Source: Fistulifera solaris (taxonomy: Eukaryota). From it: DNA of 64,000 bases. Numbering within the stretch: position 1 is the stretch's first letter; each line of letters opens with the position of its first letter. The notes below the pieces were generated by a model, which made no database searches, was not told where the DNA came from, and saw nothing but the letters and a program-made list of their open reading frames with translations. Shown here one piece after another: positions 1 to 12,212 of the stretch. The stretch is taken from contig AP026154.1 of the NCBI GenBank assembly GCA_030295235.1, positions 124,001 through 188,000 of the forward strand, given 5' to 3'. The translations under genes were made by a program, and so were the position numbers.

Positions 1-570
1 CGGCCAACCATGCTCCCGGCAGGTCTTGCTGAATTTTGCGGAGCCATCGCGATACGGTAAAGTTGCCCGCTTGCAGTAATCCGACGGCAAAAAAGATGCA
101 GTTGAAGGCGGGGCCAAAGATCAGTTGCCCACAAACAGCTTTTTGTAATGTGCTCACCAACGAAGTCCCGGGCAAGAGACGAAAGATTGCTTCGTACCAG
201 TAATGCGCGGCGGGTCCAAAGTAAAGTAACCCTATCAAAGCTCCGGCCGTAACTCGTTTGACATCAATGTGTTGGTTGTTCTTTCCTTCCAAACGCTGTG
301 CCAAATAATCCGACAAGGCGAAAATGGCACATGCCGTAACACTTTTGGTATAAATGGGACGTTTTCCAAGTTGTACTGCATACCATGTTCCCAGTTTGGT
401 AAGAGGCGCCAAAATGGGGAGCTCTTTTGCAGATGCTTCTGCGCCTCCACGCAGTTGCAAGGGCAACGCTCGAGTAGGAGTGACTAACGCTCTTGGCGTC
501 GGAGCACGATGCGCCCAAGCATGGGTCGGTGAACAGAGAAGTAGTAGAAAAAGAACAAAGTCGACCGCAT
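1..570 (-). CDS. Mpv17/PMP22 family membrane protein with bipartite presequence (3' end runs out of window)
   Basis: Not in ORF track; manual translation gives MRSTLFF(F)LLLLCSPTHA-WAHRAPTPR...LRGGAE...WYAVQLGKRPIYTKSVTACAISALSDYLAQRLE...GLLYFGPAAHYWYEAIFRLLPG...QKAVCGQLIFGPAFNCIFF, typical Mpv17/PMP22 motifs. Needs 1-nt corrections near 550 and near 62. Confidence 0.85.
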
Positions 571-1529
571 CTTATTTCTGCAGGCAAAAGAAGAAATAGA
601 GACAGACGACCATGAATTGTTATTAAACAGTGAGATAAACGCTTCAATACAAACGTGTGACAACTCGTTTCGCTCTACTAGTCTCACTGTTTGCGATAAC
701 GCTTTATCACGCACTCAAAATATAATTCTTGTTGTGATCTCAAACTTTAAAAAAAATATGACAGAATCATTGACACTAGAACGACGAAGACGTCTGTCTT
801 GTTTGGTTCGATACACACCTCGGAGAATTGTGGTCTGATTCTCAAATGTAACACATAGATTTGGGTTCATTGTGGAATCGTTTTTCGTCATGGGTGTAGA
901 ATTCGACGTACAAGCACAACAGACATTCCTAAAGACACTGTTTCAAAAAAGCCGACTTACGTTTTCCGTAGGTTGTCAATACAAAAAAAGAAAGTGTATA
1001 ATGAATGCTTACCGCGAGATCGTGATGAATCACAGTGGCATGGTGGTGTCTACGAAAGACGAAAGAGGATTCTTATTGAGCAACAAGGCCTCGTAGAGTG
1101 CTACAACAAGAATGCGATGGAGTTACCAGGTAAAGGATGTCAACAGAGAAAAACGGCGTAGATGAAACGTGCTTATTGTGTGGCAGTGAGAAAAAAGAAG
1201 GGGATTGATTCCTTACGGACAACAGACGACTCATGTCTCATGTCTGGTGTCCCACCAGGAGAGGAGGAGTCGTCATTCGTCGTCATCCCCAATAAGATGA
1301 CGTCATAACCCCAACCCTGGTCTGTGTTTTGAAGCGAAAGATCTTACGGAGTTTTTCGCATCGCGGCCATCGCAATCATACCCAACTTCCAGGAAACCTT
1401 TTTGGATGCAAATGCAACATAAGGGAGACGCAACAACGTCAAGCCGTCCAATAGTATCAGTTCATAAACGACAGAGTCGGATCATCAAAGTGTCTTTTAT
1501 AAAGGAAACAGAAATACAGAAATACCAAC

Positions 1530-3187
1530 ATGAGTTACGAAACGGATGCTTTGCTTCGTCCACGCGGTGATTCTTCACTGACAAATAATCTGGCAAGTCG
1601 GGGACCCTTTGTACGCGCCATCTTCCTAGCCGTCGGTGCACTGGCTCTCTCGGCGGTACTTTATGCGACTACTGCGACGCCGTCGTCTTGGAAGAAGACT
1701 GTCAAAATATTGGGTCATACGCATTCATCATCCGATCCTCTTTCCATTCTGTTCGATGAGACGCTGGACGGTAAAGAACTCTTTTATGAGCAACAAACAC
1801 TTGATCATTTGAGCAACGATGAGGATGCCAAAAGACATGGTCCCATCGATATTACAAAGTATCGAAGCATTTCCGGGGCCCTGGTCATCCAATTATCATG
1901 GTGATTGGGGGAGAAGACGCATTGACGGGGCCGTTGCATCCCTTTATTGAAGAAGGCATGGCTTCTAAATTTGGTGCCTTTGTGATTGAGCCCGAACACC
2001 GATTCTATGGGAAGAGTACCCCCGTCGAAAATGCCAGTGTCCAAGACTACATAAAGTACTTGAGTCCAGACCAGGCCCTCTTGGATGCTATTCAGCTGCT
2101 GCAAACCACTCGTCAAACACTCGGATGCTCTTTGGATCGCGCTTCTCCATTCTATTGTCCCGCCATTTCGGTCGGTGCATCGTATCCTGGTTTCTTGAGT
2201 GCCATGTTGCGATACGTGTATGCGGATTTTGTGGACATGTCGTACGCGGCCAGTGCTCCGATTCGTCTATATAGTCAAACCAACGACGCCAATGCCTATT
2301 ATGATAAAGTATCGGAAGTAGCGGAACACATGTCTCCAGGATGTGCAAGTGCAGTGCGTTCGACGATGGAAGCAGTGCACGATACAGTCTTGTCGAGTAA
2401 TTGGACAGTTTCGGAAGCGGCCGCGAATCTGGGTTTCTGTCCCGACGATCTGCCCGAATACATCCAAGACTTGGACACATTGGTCTCCGAAGGTGTCGTT
2501 TACATACTACCTGCAATTTTCGCCGACTTCAACATGTTTAGTTACCCTCCGGGTCCTCAGACCCCCAATGTCTTGGCATGCAACGTCTTTCAAAATGATA
2601 ATTTGACTCCGCTTGAAAAAATTCAAGGGTTCTTTGAACTCCGCGGTTTGGTTGAATACGGAGAAACAGTCGAATGCTTTGATCTAGGTCTCGAATTGCC
2701 CACAGGTCCAAACGCCCGAATCATGGGGAGTGACTGGAGTGGCAGCGGCGGTGGGAAAACTGGAGAGATTTGGGAGTTCCAATGCTGCAAGGACTTGATT
2801 ATTCGCACGGGATATTCCAACACGAGCATGTTCATTCCCCGCGAATGGACGTATGAATGGCACGATGAACACTGCCGTCAACGCTTTCCGGGTATCACAT
2901 TGAATTCATTTCGGCTGGAACAGAAATGGCACTTTGATCATCTGGCCGGTGCAAGTAAAATTGTGTTCACCAATGGTTTGAATGACGGGTGGTCTGCGGC
3001 GGGGAGTTTCCTTGAGGATGTCAACGATTCCGTCGTGGCGATAACGATTGCGGATGGCGCGCATCACTCGGATCTGGGTGGGAAGTATCCGGACGAAGAC
3101 GACACAGATGCCGTCAAGGAAGCTCAAGTGCAAGTCATGAATATTTTGGATCAATGGTTGGAGGAGATCTACGCGATGCAAAGCTAA
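1530..3187 (+). CDS. Serine carboxypeptidase S28 family (PRCP/DPP7-like), N-terminal membrane anchor
   Basis: Motifs QQTLDH, (TWSHRYY), IGGE, EHRFYGKS, GASYPG nucleophile, WEFQCC, FTNGLNDGWS, GAHHSDL. ORFs 1530-1904 and 1898-3187 join with a 1-nt fix in the A-run near 1832. Confidence 0.9.
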
Positions 3188-3429
3188 ATACTTTGAATTT
3201 CGATGGAATTTTGAATATCAGGCATATAAAAAGCTACAGAGCTCATTTGATCATACTAGAGGAAATTAGCAACGGCTAGATAAAGTAACAAACGCCTTAT
3301 CTACAAACGATGACTTGACACGAACTGTACAACTAACATTTGTAGAAATGACTTCGGCACTTCGAGTAAGGAAAGTTTCGGTCTTTGACGAAGAACCAAC
3401 ACTGTGAATGCAACGATACATGAAACGCC

Positions 3430-3720
3430 TGTAACCACGATTTCGTGATGCCTGAATAGCCCCGGGAACACGAAAGAAAGCGCGCAGACCGATCCAGAGT
3501 GTCATATTTTAAGGGAAGTAAAGGTATCGCGTCAACTCTTCCAACTTCAAGCAATTACTGGTTAAAGCATTTCGTTCGAGAGCGTGCATTGCTTAAAACA
3601 AGAACTCATCAATTCGACCAAGAATCAATAGTCTGTCCTTTTCGTCGTAATAAGGCTGTTTGAACCATTCACTTTCTTCATGTTGTGCGTTGTCTTGCGG
3701 AAGTCGTGTTGATTCATTGT
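3430..3720 (-). pseudogene. Internally deleted MYND-family paralogue (copy 1)
   Basis: Minus strand encodes the family N-terminal motif EWFKQPYYDEKDR (~3630-3670) close to the C-terminal motif GLRAFFRVPGA (~3460-3495). The middle of the gene is missing. Confidence 0.75.
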
Positions 3721-4038
3721 AGCAGTACAACAAAGTTTTCTGAAAAGGAAGGAGCAAAGTACTCACTCAATCGGCAACGCAAGTACAAAATAAATCCTCG
3801 GCGGTCGACAAGGACGGTGAAAATTTACAGCCCTTTCAAAACAGGACGCCTGACAAGGGAAAAGATCAAGAATGGAGTGTTTCCTTCAATTAAAATACGT
3901 CGGAATGTATAGATAATGAACAATGAAATGTTTTGCGGTGATTTTACTGTTTGCGGTTTTGGCTGCAAATGACGGCGGGGCTGAGAAGTCGCGAAAAAAG
4001 GCGCTTTCTCTTTCCACTATAGTAACTAAACTCAGGAC

Positions 4039-4061
4039 TCAGGACTAAAGTCCAGTCGTAA
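4039..4061 (+). repeat. Degenerate copy of 23-bp hairpin element
   Basis: TCAGGACTAAAGTCCAGTCGTAA versus consensus TCATGACTGAAAnnCAGTCGTGG. Confidence 0.55.
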
Positions 4062-4306
4062 TCGTTATAGACTTAGTTTGACGCGTTCGACGAGCCTTGC
4101 GCACAACGATAACTTTTTATGCCGCCATGGCGTTCAAATTGAAAAAGTTCGACTACTTTACAGCAGAAAAGAGGCATCGTAACCTCAGTTTCTATGTATA
4201 AGAGACGTATTTCAAAAATTACGATAGCAAAGCAGTCGAATCCAAACTAACTTCTAGCTTACTACTCCGCGTAAACTTTCATGTGCTTATTATGATACAA
4301 AAAGAT

Positions 4307-5240
4307 TTACCTAATACAAATTTCAGAGCTTTTTACGGGAAAGGTACACCAGAGAGAATCACGTGTTTCCGCAAACTGTTCGTATTCCAGAATGGAAGCC
4401 AGCATCGATGGTTGGCTTTCTTGGATTTTATCGAAGATTTGATAGAGCTGTTGGCGTTGATTCGTGAGATCATCAGTACTATCAACAGGCATCTCAGTTA
4501 ATAAGGAATCTGTTGTTTGCCTCGCACAGTTATGAGATGCAATAATCCTCAACTTGATAATGGCAAGAGCCATGATGAATTGCGGCGTTGTCGCTAGCTC
4601 TTCCAAATCAGATGATTCCTCCGAGGGGTCCTTGTATCGACAATTTGGGTCGATGGAGTAAGTCCAGTGGCTATGCCAGAACACCGAATTAGACTGCAAG
4701 TGTAACCAGTATCGAATGTAAGCGAATGCTTCATCGTCTCGATTAGGGTGACGAAGAATAAAAGGAACTCGTGCCCGAGTCGGGAGATGCTCCGAGGCAT
4801 TGATCTTCATTACTCCCATGCATTCGGAAAGACACTTTTCCCAGACTTCTTTTATCTCTCTTTCGTAACCCACGCCCCAGTACATGGCTGCCAGGTCGGC
4901 GCGAGCCCTCAGGTACCATCTCAAGTTCTCTGCCCCGTCCCACGCATCTCCCTTCCATGATCGACAGAAAAGTTTGAATGAATCAATCTGCTCGGGGTCA
5001 AAAAGGGCCGAAGCGGGGCGGAAGCCTGTTCCGTGTGCTCTTTCGAACCTGCGATTTGATAGCATTGAAAGCGGTGCTCATTGAAGTGCTTTTTCTGGCA
5101 CTGCTTTCCGCAATTTCAAGCCATGAAACAGCGTGAACATCGAGTGCGGTGACGTTTGTTTGATCCTGACACGCAAACCATTACGGCTCTTCTTTTAAAT
5201 TGGGATCTTTCTCGTCGTAGTAGTACGACATTTCATTGAT
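4307..5240 (-). pseudogene. MYND-family paralogue (copy 2), degenerate zinc finger
   Basis: ORF 4307-5065 carries the family helical domain (ARADLAAMYW...KEVWEK...RVPFIL..NRDDEAFAYIRYW). Upstream 5084-5230 reads YYDEKDPNLKEEP*WFAC..RCSRCFMA*NCGKQCQKKH, with in-frame stops and a frame break. Confidence 0.8.
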
Positions 5241-5391
5241 CCAGTTTGTACTGTCCAAGGAATTATGTTTTCTTTTTGCGGAAAGATCTCGTCGTAATGG
5301 CGACATTTGCATTCAGATATGCTGACTTTTTTATACAGAAGTCCTGTTTCCAACCGACTATGGGACGCCTGTCAACGACTATACATTTGCC

Positions 5392-6544
5392 TTAGTTCCG
5401 TTGCCGGAGTATATCATCTGCACCGGGAACACGATAAAGAAGTCGAAGACCGTTTGCAAGCGTGATGTTTATGGGGAAAGGATACTGCTCAAGGAAATCC
5501 TCGTCTAGATCCAGAGCCTTACGCCTTTCTGAAATGAACTCGCATTCAAGTAGGTCATCGATTATGGAGGGATGATCGACTTCCATTCTGTCAAAAAAGT
5601 CGTTCAAGCTGTTGACGTTGAATAGAGACGCCGCTCCCCGCAAGCATTTCTCGCACAACCGGTCCCACTTGCTGAATTTTCTTGCATGCCGTTTCCGTGA
5701 AGGTATAACGAAGAACTGCCGCAACTGCCTCATGAGATGCAATAATACGAAGCTTTATGATAATGAGCACCATAAGATAAGGTGCCAGTAATGTTAGCTC
5801 CTCCAGCTTGGTGCACTCTTCGAAAATATCGTTGAAACGGCAATTCAATTCAAAGGGAATGGGCCGATCACCCCCTTCCGAGCGTCCATGCCATGACTTG
5901 CGTTTGTTATAAACTGGATCCGTGTAGTCTTCAACTTTCAACCAGTATCGGATGAAAGCATAAGCTTCGTCATCTCGATTCAGGTATAGAAGAATAAATG
6001 GAAGTCGGATGCGTGTCGTGACATCGAATGCGGCGTCGAATTTCATGAGCTCGACGCAATGAAAATGCGCTCTCAGACAAACTTCTTTTACCTCGCTTTC
6101 GTACGCAGCATCCCAGTACATGGAAGCCAGATCAGAACGAGCTCGCAAGCAGTTTTGAAAACCTTCGTCCCCGTTAAAACCTCCATCCTCTCTTCCCACA
6201 TAATTCTCCGCATGATCACTCTCTCCCGAATCAATGAATTGTCGAAACGGAATGGCTACCAGCTCTGTAAGTTCTCTCCCTTCGGTTATCTGATTGCAGA
6301 GTTCCCGGTGATGTCGGATGTCCTTTTTCTGACATTGCCTTCCGCAATACCAGGCCACCTCGCACCGTGAACATCGCTTGAGCGCGGCGACGTTTGTATC
6401 ATCATGACACGCAAAGCAGTACGGCTCTTTTACAATGCGATCTTTTCCTTCGTAGTACGGCCTCTTGAACCAGTTCTTCTCGCCGGGTAACGGAACTTGG
6501 CTAGTTATAAGTCGTGCAATTTCCCAGTCGATATCTGTGTCCAT
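5392..6544 (-). CDS. MYND zinc-finger protein (copy 3)
   Basis: CFAC..CSRCEVAWYCGRQCQKKDIRHHRELC, then the shared helical domain, ending NGLRLLYRVPGADDILRQRN. One extra base in a homopolymer near 5595. Confidence 0.85.
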
Positions 6545-6793
6545 TATTTTTGTGGAGGAATGACGATCTTTCGGCAAGTCAATCTGTATCTTGTAGCAGC
6601 GAAATTGGTAAGCGACTAATAGTTTTTGTCAATGAGGGTGCGAAAGAGAACTTAGAAAGTTTGAAATGCAAATGAAAGAAAGAATGATTCAATTGTAATT
6701 GTATCAGATGAAAGTGAAGGAACGGGATGCGATGGCATAGTACAAAGGAAAGCGAGATCGCACGGAATGCGGATCGCGGATCGCAAGACGAGC

Positions 6794-7200
6794 TCATGAC
6801 TAAAAAAATGCAGTCGTGGTAAAGTTGCTAGTACACTCGGGTTGTATAGTAATTATGAAGAAGATCATCCACACTACCCCGAAGTTATTTTTTCGCATGG
6901 AATAAAGGCGCGCATTGCAAATGCTGTCTAGGATATTTTTTTGCAAAATCAAATAAATTTTAAAAAAAGTAGACTAGCTAGAGGGGAAGATGTCAGGCTC
7001 GTTTTTACTCATGACTGAAACTTAGTCGTGGAATTGTTTAGACAAGAGACTATACAATACGGAGTATAGGTTGAGCCGACAACAAAAAATTGAAACACGA
7101 CAATTTGCGCCATTTTCGGTCGTAAAAATGAATCAAAGCGCGCATTGTACATGCTTTAGACGAATTTAATGGCAATGTATTGTTTTTTTACAAATAATGC
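6794..7200 (+). mobile_element. Head-to-tail dimer of ~215-bp hairpin-headed dispersed element (putative non-autonomous element)
   Basis: Hairpins at 6794-6819 and 7009-7031 (215 bp apart). Internal boxes AATAAAGGCGCGCATTGCAAATGC (6901) and AATCAAAGCGCGCATTGTACATGC (7131). Right boundary approximate. Confidence 0.7.
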
Positions 7201-7436
7201 TACGAAGCAAGTAGAGCAAACTATGCAACGTCATTAGTTGGTGAAAGCCCACCAATCGCGAATCGATATGATCCACCTCTCGACTCACTTATCCCGAGCC
7301 AAACGTGTGCTCAGCGCAGACAGTTCCTCGTTATCTGGTAGAATGTTTCCCTTGACATGTGTCAATCAATTGTTTTTGTCTTGGAAGCAATCAGTACGAA
7401 CGATAAGGTTGCACTGAACCTGATTTGACAGCCACG

Positions 7437-8546
7437 TCAGCCTCGCAGCCCCAGAATATCAAGAGCTCCAGGGACACGGAAGAAACAGCGAAGACTGTTC
7501 TCAAGAATAAGATATCTCGGAAAAGGAAGCGGGTCAAACAAGATGTAGCTAATACCACGAGTGTTACGGTTTTCGGAAATGTGTTCGCATCTACGGAAAA
7601 AGTCAAACACGGACGAATCATCGATCTGACTATCGTCTACTTGGATTTTGTCAAGAAGTCGACGGAGCTGTTGACGTTGTGTAGTAAGATCGCAGCCAGC
7701 AAGCATATGATGCAAAATTGGCCGTACTTCCTGAATTTTCTGCGCTGATGTCTTCTGAAACACAAAATCAAGTGTCTGAGAAATTGCTTCGTGAGAAGCA
7801 ATAATGCGAAGCTTAATGATAACCATTGCCACAAGAAACGGCATTGTGTACTTTTGCTCGTTCAATGTCGAACACTCTTCAAAGATATCAAGGAAGCGGC
7901 AGTTCGGCTCAAGTGGAAAGACCCAATCTCCCTCACGCGACCTTTCATGACGTGAAAACAGCTCGGTATCATCTTGCTCCTCGAAATTGATCCAATAACG
8001 AATAAACGAATAAGCATCATCATCGCGATTGAGGTACAAGAGAATTAGAGGAACTCGAAAGCGAACGTCGCACTGGTGTGCTATATTCAAACGCAAAATC
8101 TCCGAGTAACAAAACAATGCTTTCTCCCACACCTCTTTGATTTCACTTTCATACGCTGCGAGCCAGTAAGAGTTCGCCAGGTTAAAAAGCGATTCTAAAT
8201 AGGCACGCGTGCTTTCTCCTTCATCAAAAAAACCAACTAGCGTCTCAAAAGGATTGATTGTGCCTCCGGATGGATTCGGAGCGTTGCGCAGCGCGACGGC
8301 CCCTATCCGAACCAACTCTTTCTTTTCAACGATATGTTTACAGAAATAACGATGAAAGCCGAAGTGACCGTCTTGGCATTCGGCGCTGCAATACCAAGCA
8401 ATCTGACAGCTTGAACAACATTTGGGTGCCGGGATGATGATCTTATGATTAAAAAAGCGGCACGAAAAACAGCACGGTCTCTCTTTCAGATTGGAATCCT
8501 TGCCCTCGTACCAGTATAAGGGACAATTGAGCACTATTGAGTTCAT
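7437..8546 (-). CDS. MYND zinc-finger protein (copy 4, intact ORF)
   Basis: 369 aa. CFSC..CSSCQIAWYCSAECQDGHFGFHRYFC; RFRVPLILLYLNRDDDAYSFIRYW; NSLRCFFRVPGALDIL. Confidence 0.9.
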   Translation of the reverse strand: MNSIVLNCPLYWYEGKDSNLKERPCCFSCRFFNHKIIIPAPKCCSSCQIAWYCSAECQDGHFGFHRYFCKHIVEKKELVRIGAVALRNAPNPSGGTINPFETLVGFFDEGESTRAYLESLFNLANSYWLAAYESEIKEVWEKALFCYSEILRLNIAHQCDVRFRVPLILLYLNRDDDAYSFIRYWINFEEQDDTELFSRHERSREGDWVFPLEPNCRFLDIFEECSTLNEQKYTMPFLVAMVIIKLRIIASHEAISQTLDFVFQKTSAQKIQEVRPILHHMLAGCDLTTQRQQLRRLLDKIQVDDSQIDDSSVFDFFRRCEHISENRNTRGISYILFDPLPFPRYLILENSLRCFFRVPGALDILGLRG

Positions 8547-9030
8547 CGATGCAATTTAAGGGACCTTGTTTCTTGTACCTTGTATTTTGCTTCGCTTTGC
8601 ATTTCACTGAAACAAAAAAAACTACTCCGTAATAGGTTATGACGTAGTGTGACTTTTAGTAGACGACTCCTCTTCAAATAATGTCGTACTGCGCTTGTGA
8701 AAGTTGGCCCTTTCCCTTTAGCCTTAATCAATCAACGCAAAAATACGTACATTTACGTCGGTGTGGCACTTCAATTTTTTTTAATGGTACTGTACCTGGT
8801 AAAAGGTGAAAGTAAAGAAGTGAACTTCCGGAGCGCAAGTGAAGTTGCAAGTTGCAGTGAAAAAAGCCACTTGCCTATGATCTTGTGACTAAGGAAAGTA
8901 CAAAGTCCTAACCTTACTGTACCTGGTACTCCTTATCCTTAATCGTAATCGTGACTGCTGACGCGCTATGAAGTATGAAGCTGAAAAGTAGTAAATTAGG
9001 AGTAAGGATAAGAATTTGATCTCTACCGTG

Positions 9031-9150
9031 CCACGACTGAAATTCAGTCTTGCGTTACATTTGCGGATTATACGAAACACTATGCGTCTAACCAAATAAA
9101 GTTGCGCCGCCAAATCAAGGCGCACAATACAAATGCTGCCAAAGATAGTG
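9031..9150 (+). mobile_element. Hairpin-headed dispersed element
   Basis: CCACGACTGAAATTCAGTCTTGC at 9031-9053 and box AATCAAGGCGCACAATACAAATGC at 9113-9136. Confidence 0.65.
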
Positions 9151-9397
9151 GTATGTTAGTTCAAGCTTCCAAAGTGGTGAACAACTACTCATTTGTTACT
9201 TATTAATTGGAATTGACAATGTCCTTAGCGCCAGCATAGCACTGGGTATAGTTTAAGCTACCTTTTAAAAGCTAAATCAAACATTCATCGACACTGTCCC
9301 GAGCACTTGTCCAATATCAAAATAAAAATTGGAGCGACCATCCGCAAAAATGGCATATTTCGGAGATAGTTCGATGAGTCGCTAAGACCGAAAAATG

Positions 9398-10466
9398 TCA
9401 GCCACGCTGCCGGAGAATGTCGATAGCACCGGGAACGCGAAGAAAAGAGCGAAGACTATTCAAAAGAATAAAGTCTTTAAACGAACCGTTGTGATAGTTC
9501 AAAGCATCGACCAGTTCCACCGGTCGGCGCGTTTCAGAGATGTGTATGGATTCGAGAATAGTACTCAACAAAGAAGGGTCTCCATGATGAATCAGGTCGA
9601 GAATTGTATCAAGCTGTTGACGTTGGCTATTGATATCAAATCCAAATAAAAATTCTTGCACAATCGGCCTTACTTCCTCAACATTCTTGCATGCAGTTTC
9701 CTGAAATGTAAAGTCAAGTGTTTCAGAGATCGCTTTGCCTGTCGCAACGATTCGCATTTTGATTATAGCGAGAGCCACCAGATGCGGCAACGTGTAGTGT
9801 GTCTCCTCAAGCTTGGAAGAAGACTCTTCAGCAATGTCGTTGGAGCGGCAATCAGGCTCGACGGGGTAAAGCCAGTCTCCTTGACAATAGCTTGCATGTC
9901 GTGCAAGAATTGTATCGTCGTCCTCAGCGCCGAAGTTAAGCCAATATCGCATAAAGCAATAGGCGTCGTCATCGCGATTGAGGTACAATAGAATGAACGG
10001 AACTCGAAAGCGCGTCTCGCAATGGTGCCCAACGTCCAGCCGTAAAAGTTCCAAGTAATGCGAAAGGGACTTTTCCCATACTTCTCTTACCTCCCACTCG
10101 TAAGCAGAGTTCCAACACGAGTTTGCCAGACTGAAAAGAGCGTCTAGGTAATCTTTCGCTACGTCGATCGCACCCAATTCACCAACATGCGTCTCAAAAA
10201 GGTTGATTATAGTATCGTCCATGGGGATGTGTTGCAGGGGGTAGGCCATCAATTCAACAATATCTGTTTCGTCGCCGATCCGTTTACAAAGACTGCGATG
10301 CTCTTGAAAGTGTCTCTTTTGGCATTGCGCACTACAATACCAGGCCGCATGGCAGCGTGAACAACGTTTTTAAGTCCGAAATGACTGTTCGATCGTCGTA
10401 ATACTGGCAAGCAAAACAATACGGCTCCTCTTTCAAGTGAATATCATTACCCTCGTACGAAGACAT
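9398..10466 (-). CDS. MYND zinc-finger protein (copy 5)
   Basis: ATG at 10466: MSSYEGNDIHLKEEPYCFACQ..LK/RCSRCHAAWYCSAQCQKRHFQEHRSLC (extra base in homopolymer near 10370), continuing into ORF 9398-10252, which ends NSLRSFLRVPGAIDILRQRG. Confidence 0.85.
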
Positions 10467-10809
10467 TCTCAAGGAGCCAGTTTGCTTAAAAATATTAGAA
10501 ATCGGTGCTTTTTACTCTCTAGTTTTGGAGTAAAGCGCTCGCTAGTATCTTCTACCGAAATTCCGATTTCTTATGATGTCCTTGAAAATATTCTTAGCAG
10601 ACTCTCTAGCGAACAAGGAAACTCTGTCACTCCTATCGGAAAAATATAAAAGGAACACCTCTACGAAAAGGTTTAACGGGTATGAACAAGAAAGGGATGT
10701 GCAAGTACCTGGTACGGTACCGGTACCGGGTAAGATGCAACAAAAAGCCCAATCGCATTTTTTTACCTGGTTTCGTCGTTGTCATTGCGAAATCACTATA
10801 CGCCAGTAC

Positions 10810-11307
10810 GGTAAGGATAACGATGACCACAAAGGGATACCCGGATACTGGAAAGATAAAAAATAAATCATCGTTTTGCGGCTTATAGACGATTTATTTT
10901 GAACCTAAGTCAACCTTATTCATCTTTCCAATTTCCGACGTTGCTTCCTCGATTCCATAAACGTTAATAGACAGAAATTCGATCTCGAAACGCAAATTGA
11001 TTGAAAGATGCATCACTGCAAATGTCTACGTCAATTGCATACCAGGAAATAACCCTATCGTAAGCAATTTTTCGACAGAGGGAAACCCGGATATAGGTGA
11101 TTTTTGAATGCATCCGTTTTCGGGTCGCTTTGGTGATTGCATCATTATGACCTCTCCAAAAATGCTATGGAGCAGCGTTCAATCACACGCGACCGCGTTT
11201 TTGTGCGAACACAACCAAAAAGGAGCATTAATGCAACGTTTGTCCGCGCGTAGAAAGCACGTAGACCTCCGTAAGGAAATTTATCGACAGGGAATAACCC
11301 GGATATA
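10810..11307 (+). repeat. Degenerate ~210-250-bp-period repeat (3 conserved cores)
   Basis: CGTAAG...TCGACAG...ACCCGGATATA at 11059-11095 and 11270-11307; weaker GTAAGG...ACCCGGATA at 10811-10847. Confidence 0.55.
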
Positions 11308-11366
11308 AATATCAGATCCTCATCATTAAATTTACAGCTTCAACGAAGCTAAGGCCTTGTTGTGAC

Positions 11367-11460
11367 TCCTGATCAAAGAATTCAGTCGTGATGTACTAGC
11401 AAACCTCTCCCCTCAACATAGACAACATCAATGTAAAGGAGGTAATGCAAAGATTGGACG
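11367..11460 (+). repeat. Degenerate hairpin-headed element
   Basis: TCCTGATCAAAGAATTCAGTCGTGA, then AATGCAAAGATT (11444-11455), which is shared exactly with the copy at 61.8 kb. Confidence 0.45.
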
Positions 11461-11813
11461 ACAGGCCACGTAAACAGTAGAAAATTGCACAGCCGATTCC
11501 GATTGCAAAGCCTTTGAACAAATCAAGCTGGAGGAAGCATACACAAATCAATTGCCACAAAAAAACTCACAAAGACTCCTCCTAAACCTCTGAAAAGCTC
11601 GCTTCTTATTTGTCGTTCGAAATAGATTGAGTTGTTGAATATAGTATTCCACGGGTAGCATTGCGATCGCATCCGATGACCATCACCAGGAGCAAAGCCT
11701 CCAACTCAACAAACCAGACTCCAATCACCGCTTTCCAACGATCGCATTGATATTGCAGTAACCTGCAGACCAAAAGACAATCATCATCCGTATAACACAC
11801 AGAACTCATGCCG

Positions 11814-12212
11814 TCATTCTATTTCGTCAGTGTCGATTTCATGGGAATAAGCCTGCCAAACCCAATCGCTGATAATTCTTGTAACAGCACTATCATTGCC
11901 GTCGTCGTCCCCATCATCAATTTCTCCAATGATTTGCCCGACATTTCTCCATATATCGCAATGACTTTCGGTTATTTTCAAAATGCCTTCTTCGTGCGTT
12001 TCAACAATCATGCGAGGTTTGTGATCTTCTGCGATTCGATAGCCCGGTGTCATGACATCCGGTGAGCACTCTAAAAGGAAGATCGGATCATAACATTCGA
12101 CGGCATCACCATCGGCTCGGAGCCATTGTACGATTCGAGCTTGCGTGTGCGACGGACTCAACTGTGGGATGGTGACGCGCACTTTACGCAGTAATGCCGT
12201 TGTTCGAAACAT
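11814..12212 (-). CDS. Stand-alone biotinyl/lipoyl-like (single hybrid motif) protein, probably mitochondrial
   Basis: MFRTTALLRK presequence-like start; VTIPQLSPSHTQARIVQWLRADGDAV..YDPIFLLE...VETHEEGILKI...VGQIIGEI resembles lipoyl domains. Confidence 0.7.
   Translation of the reverse strand: MFRTTALLRKVRVTIPQLSPSHTQARIVQWLRADGDAVECYDPIFLLECSPDVMTPGYRIAEDHKPRMIVETHEEGILKITESHCDIWRNVGQIIGEIDDGDDDGNDSAVTRIISDWVWQAYSHEIDTDEIE

Noticed and set aside
1297..1306. ATGACGTCAT bZIP/aureochrome-type site upstream of the S28 gene
   Set aside because: A single short motif; function cannot be supported from sequence alone.
6794..6819. Canonical Helitron assignment for the hairpin element
   Set aside because: It starts with TC but is not preceded by A, and no consistent CTRR 3' end could be identified.
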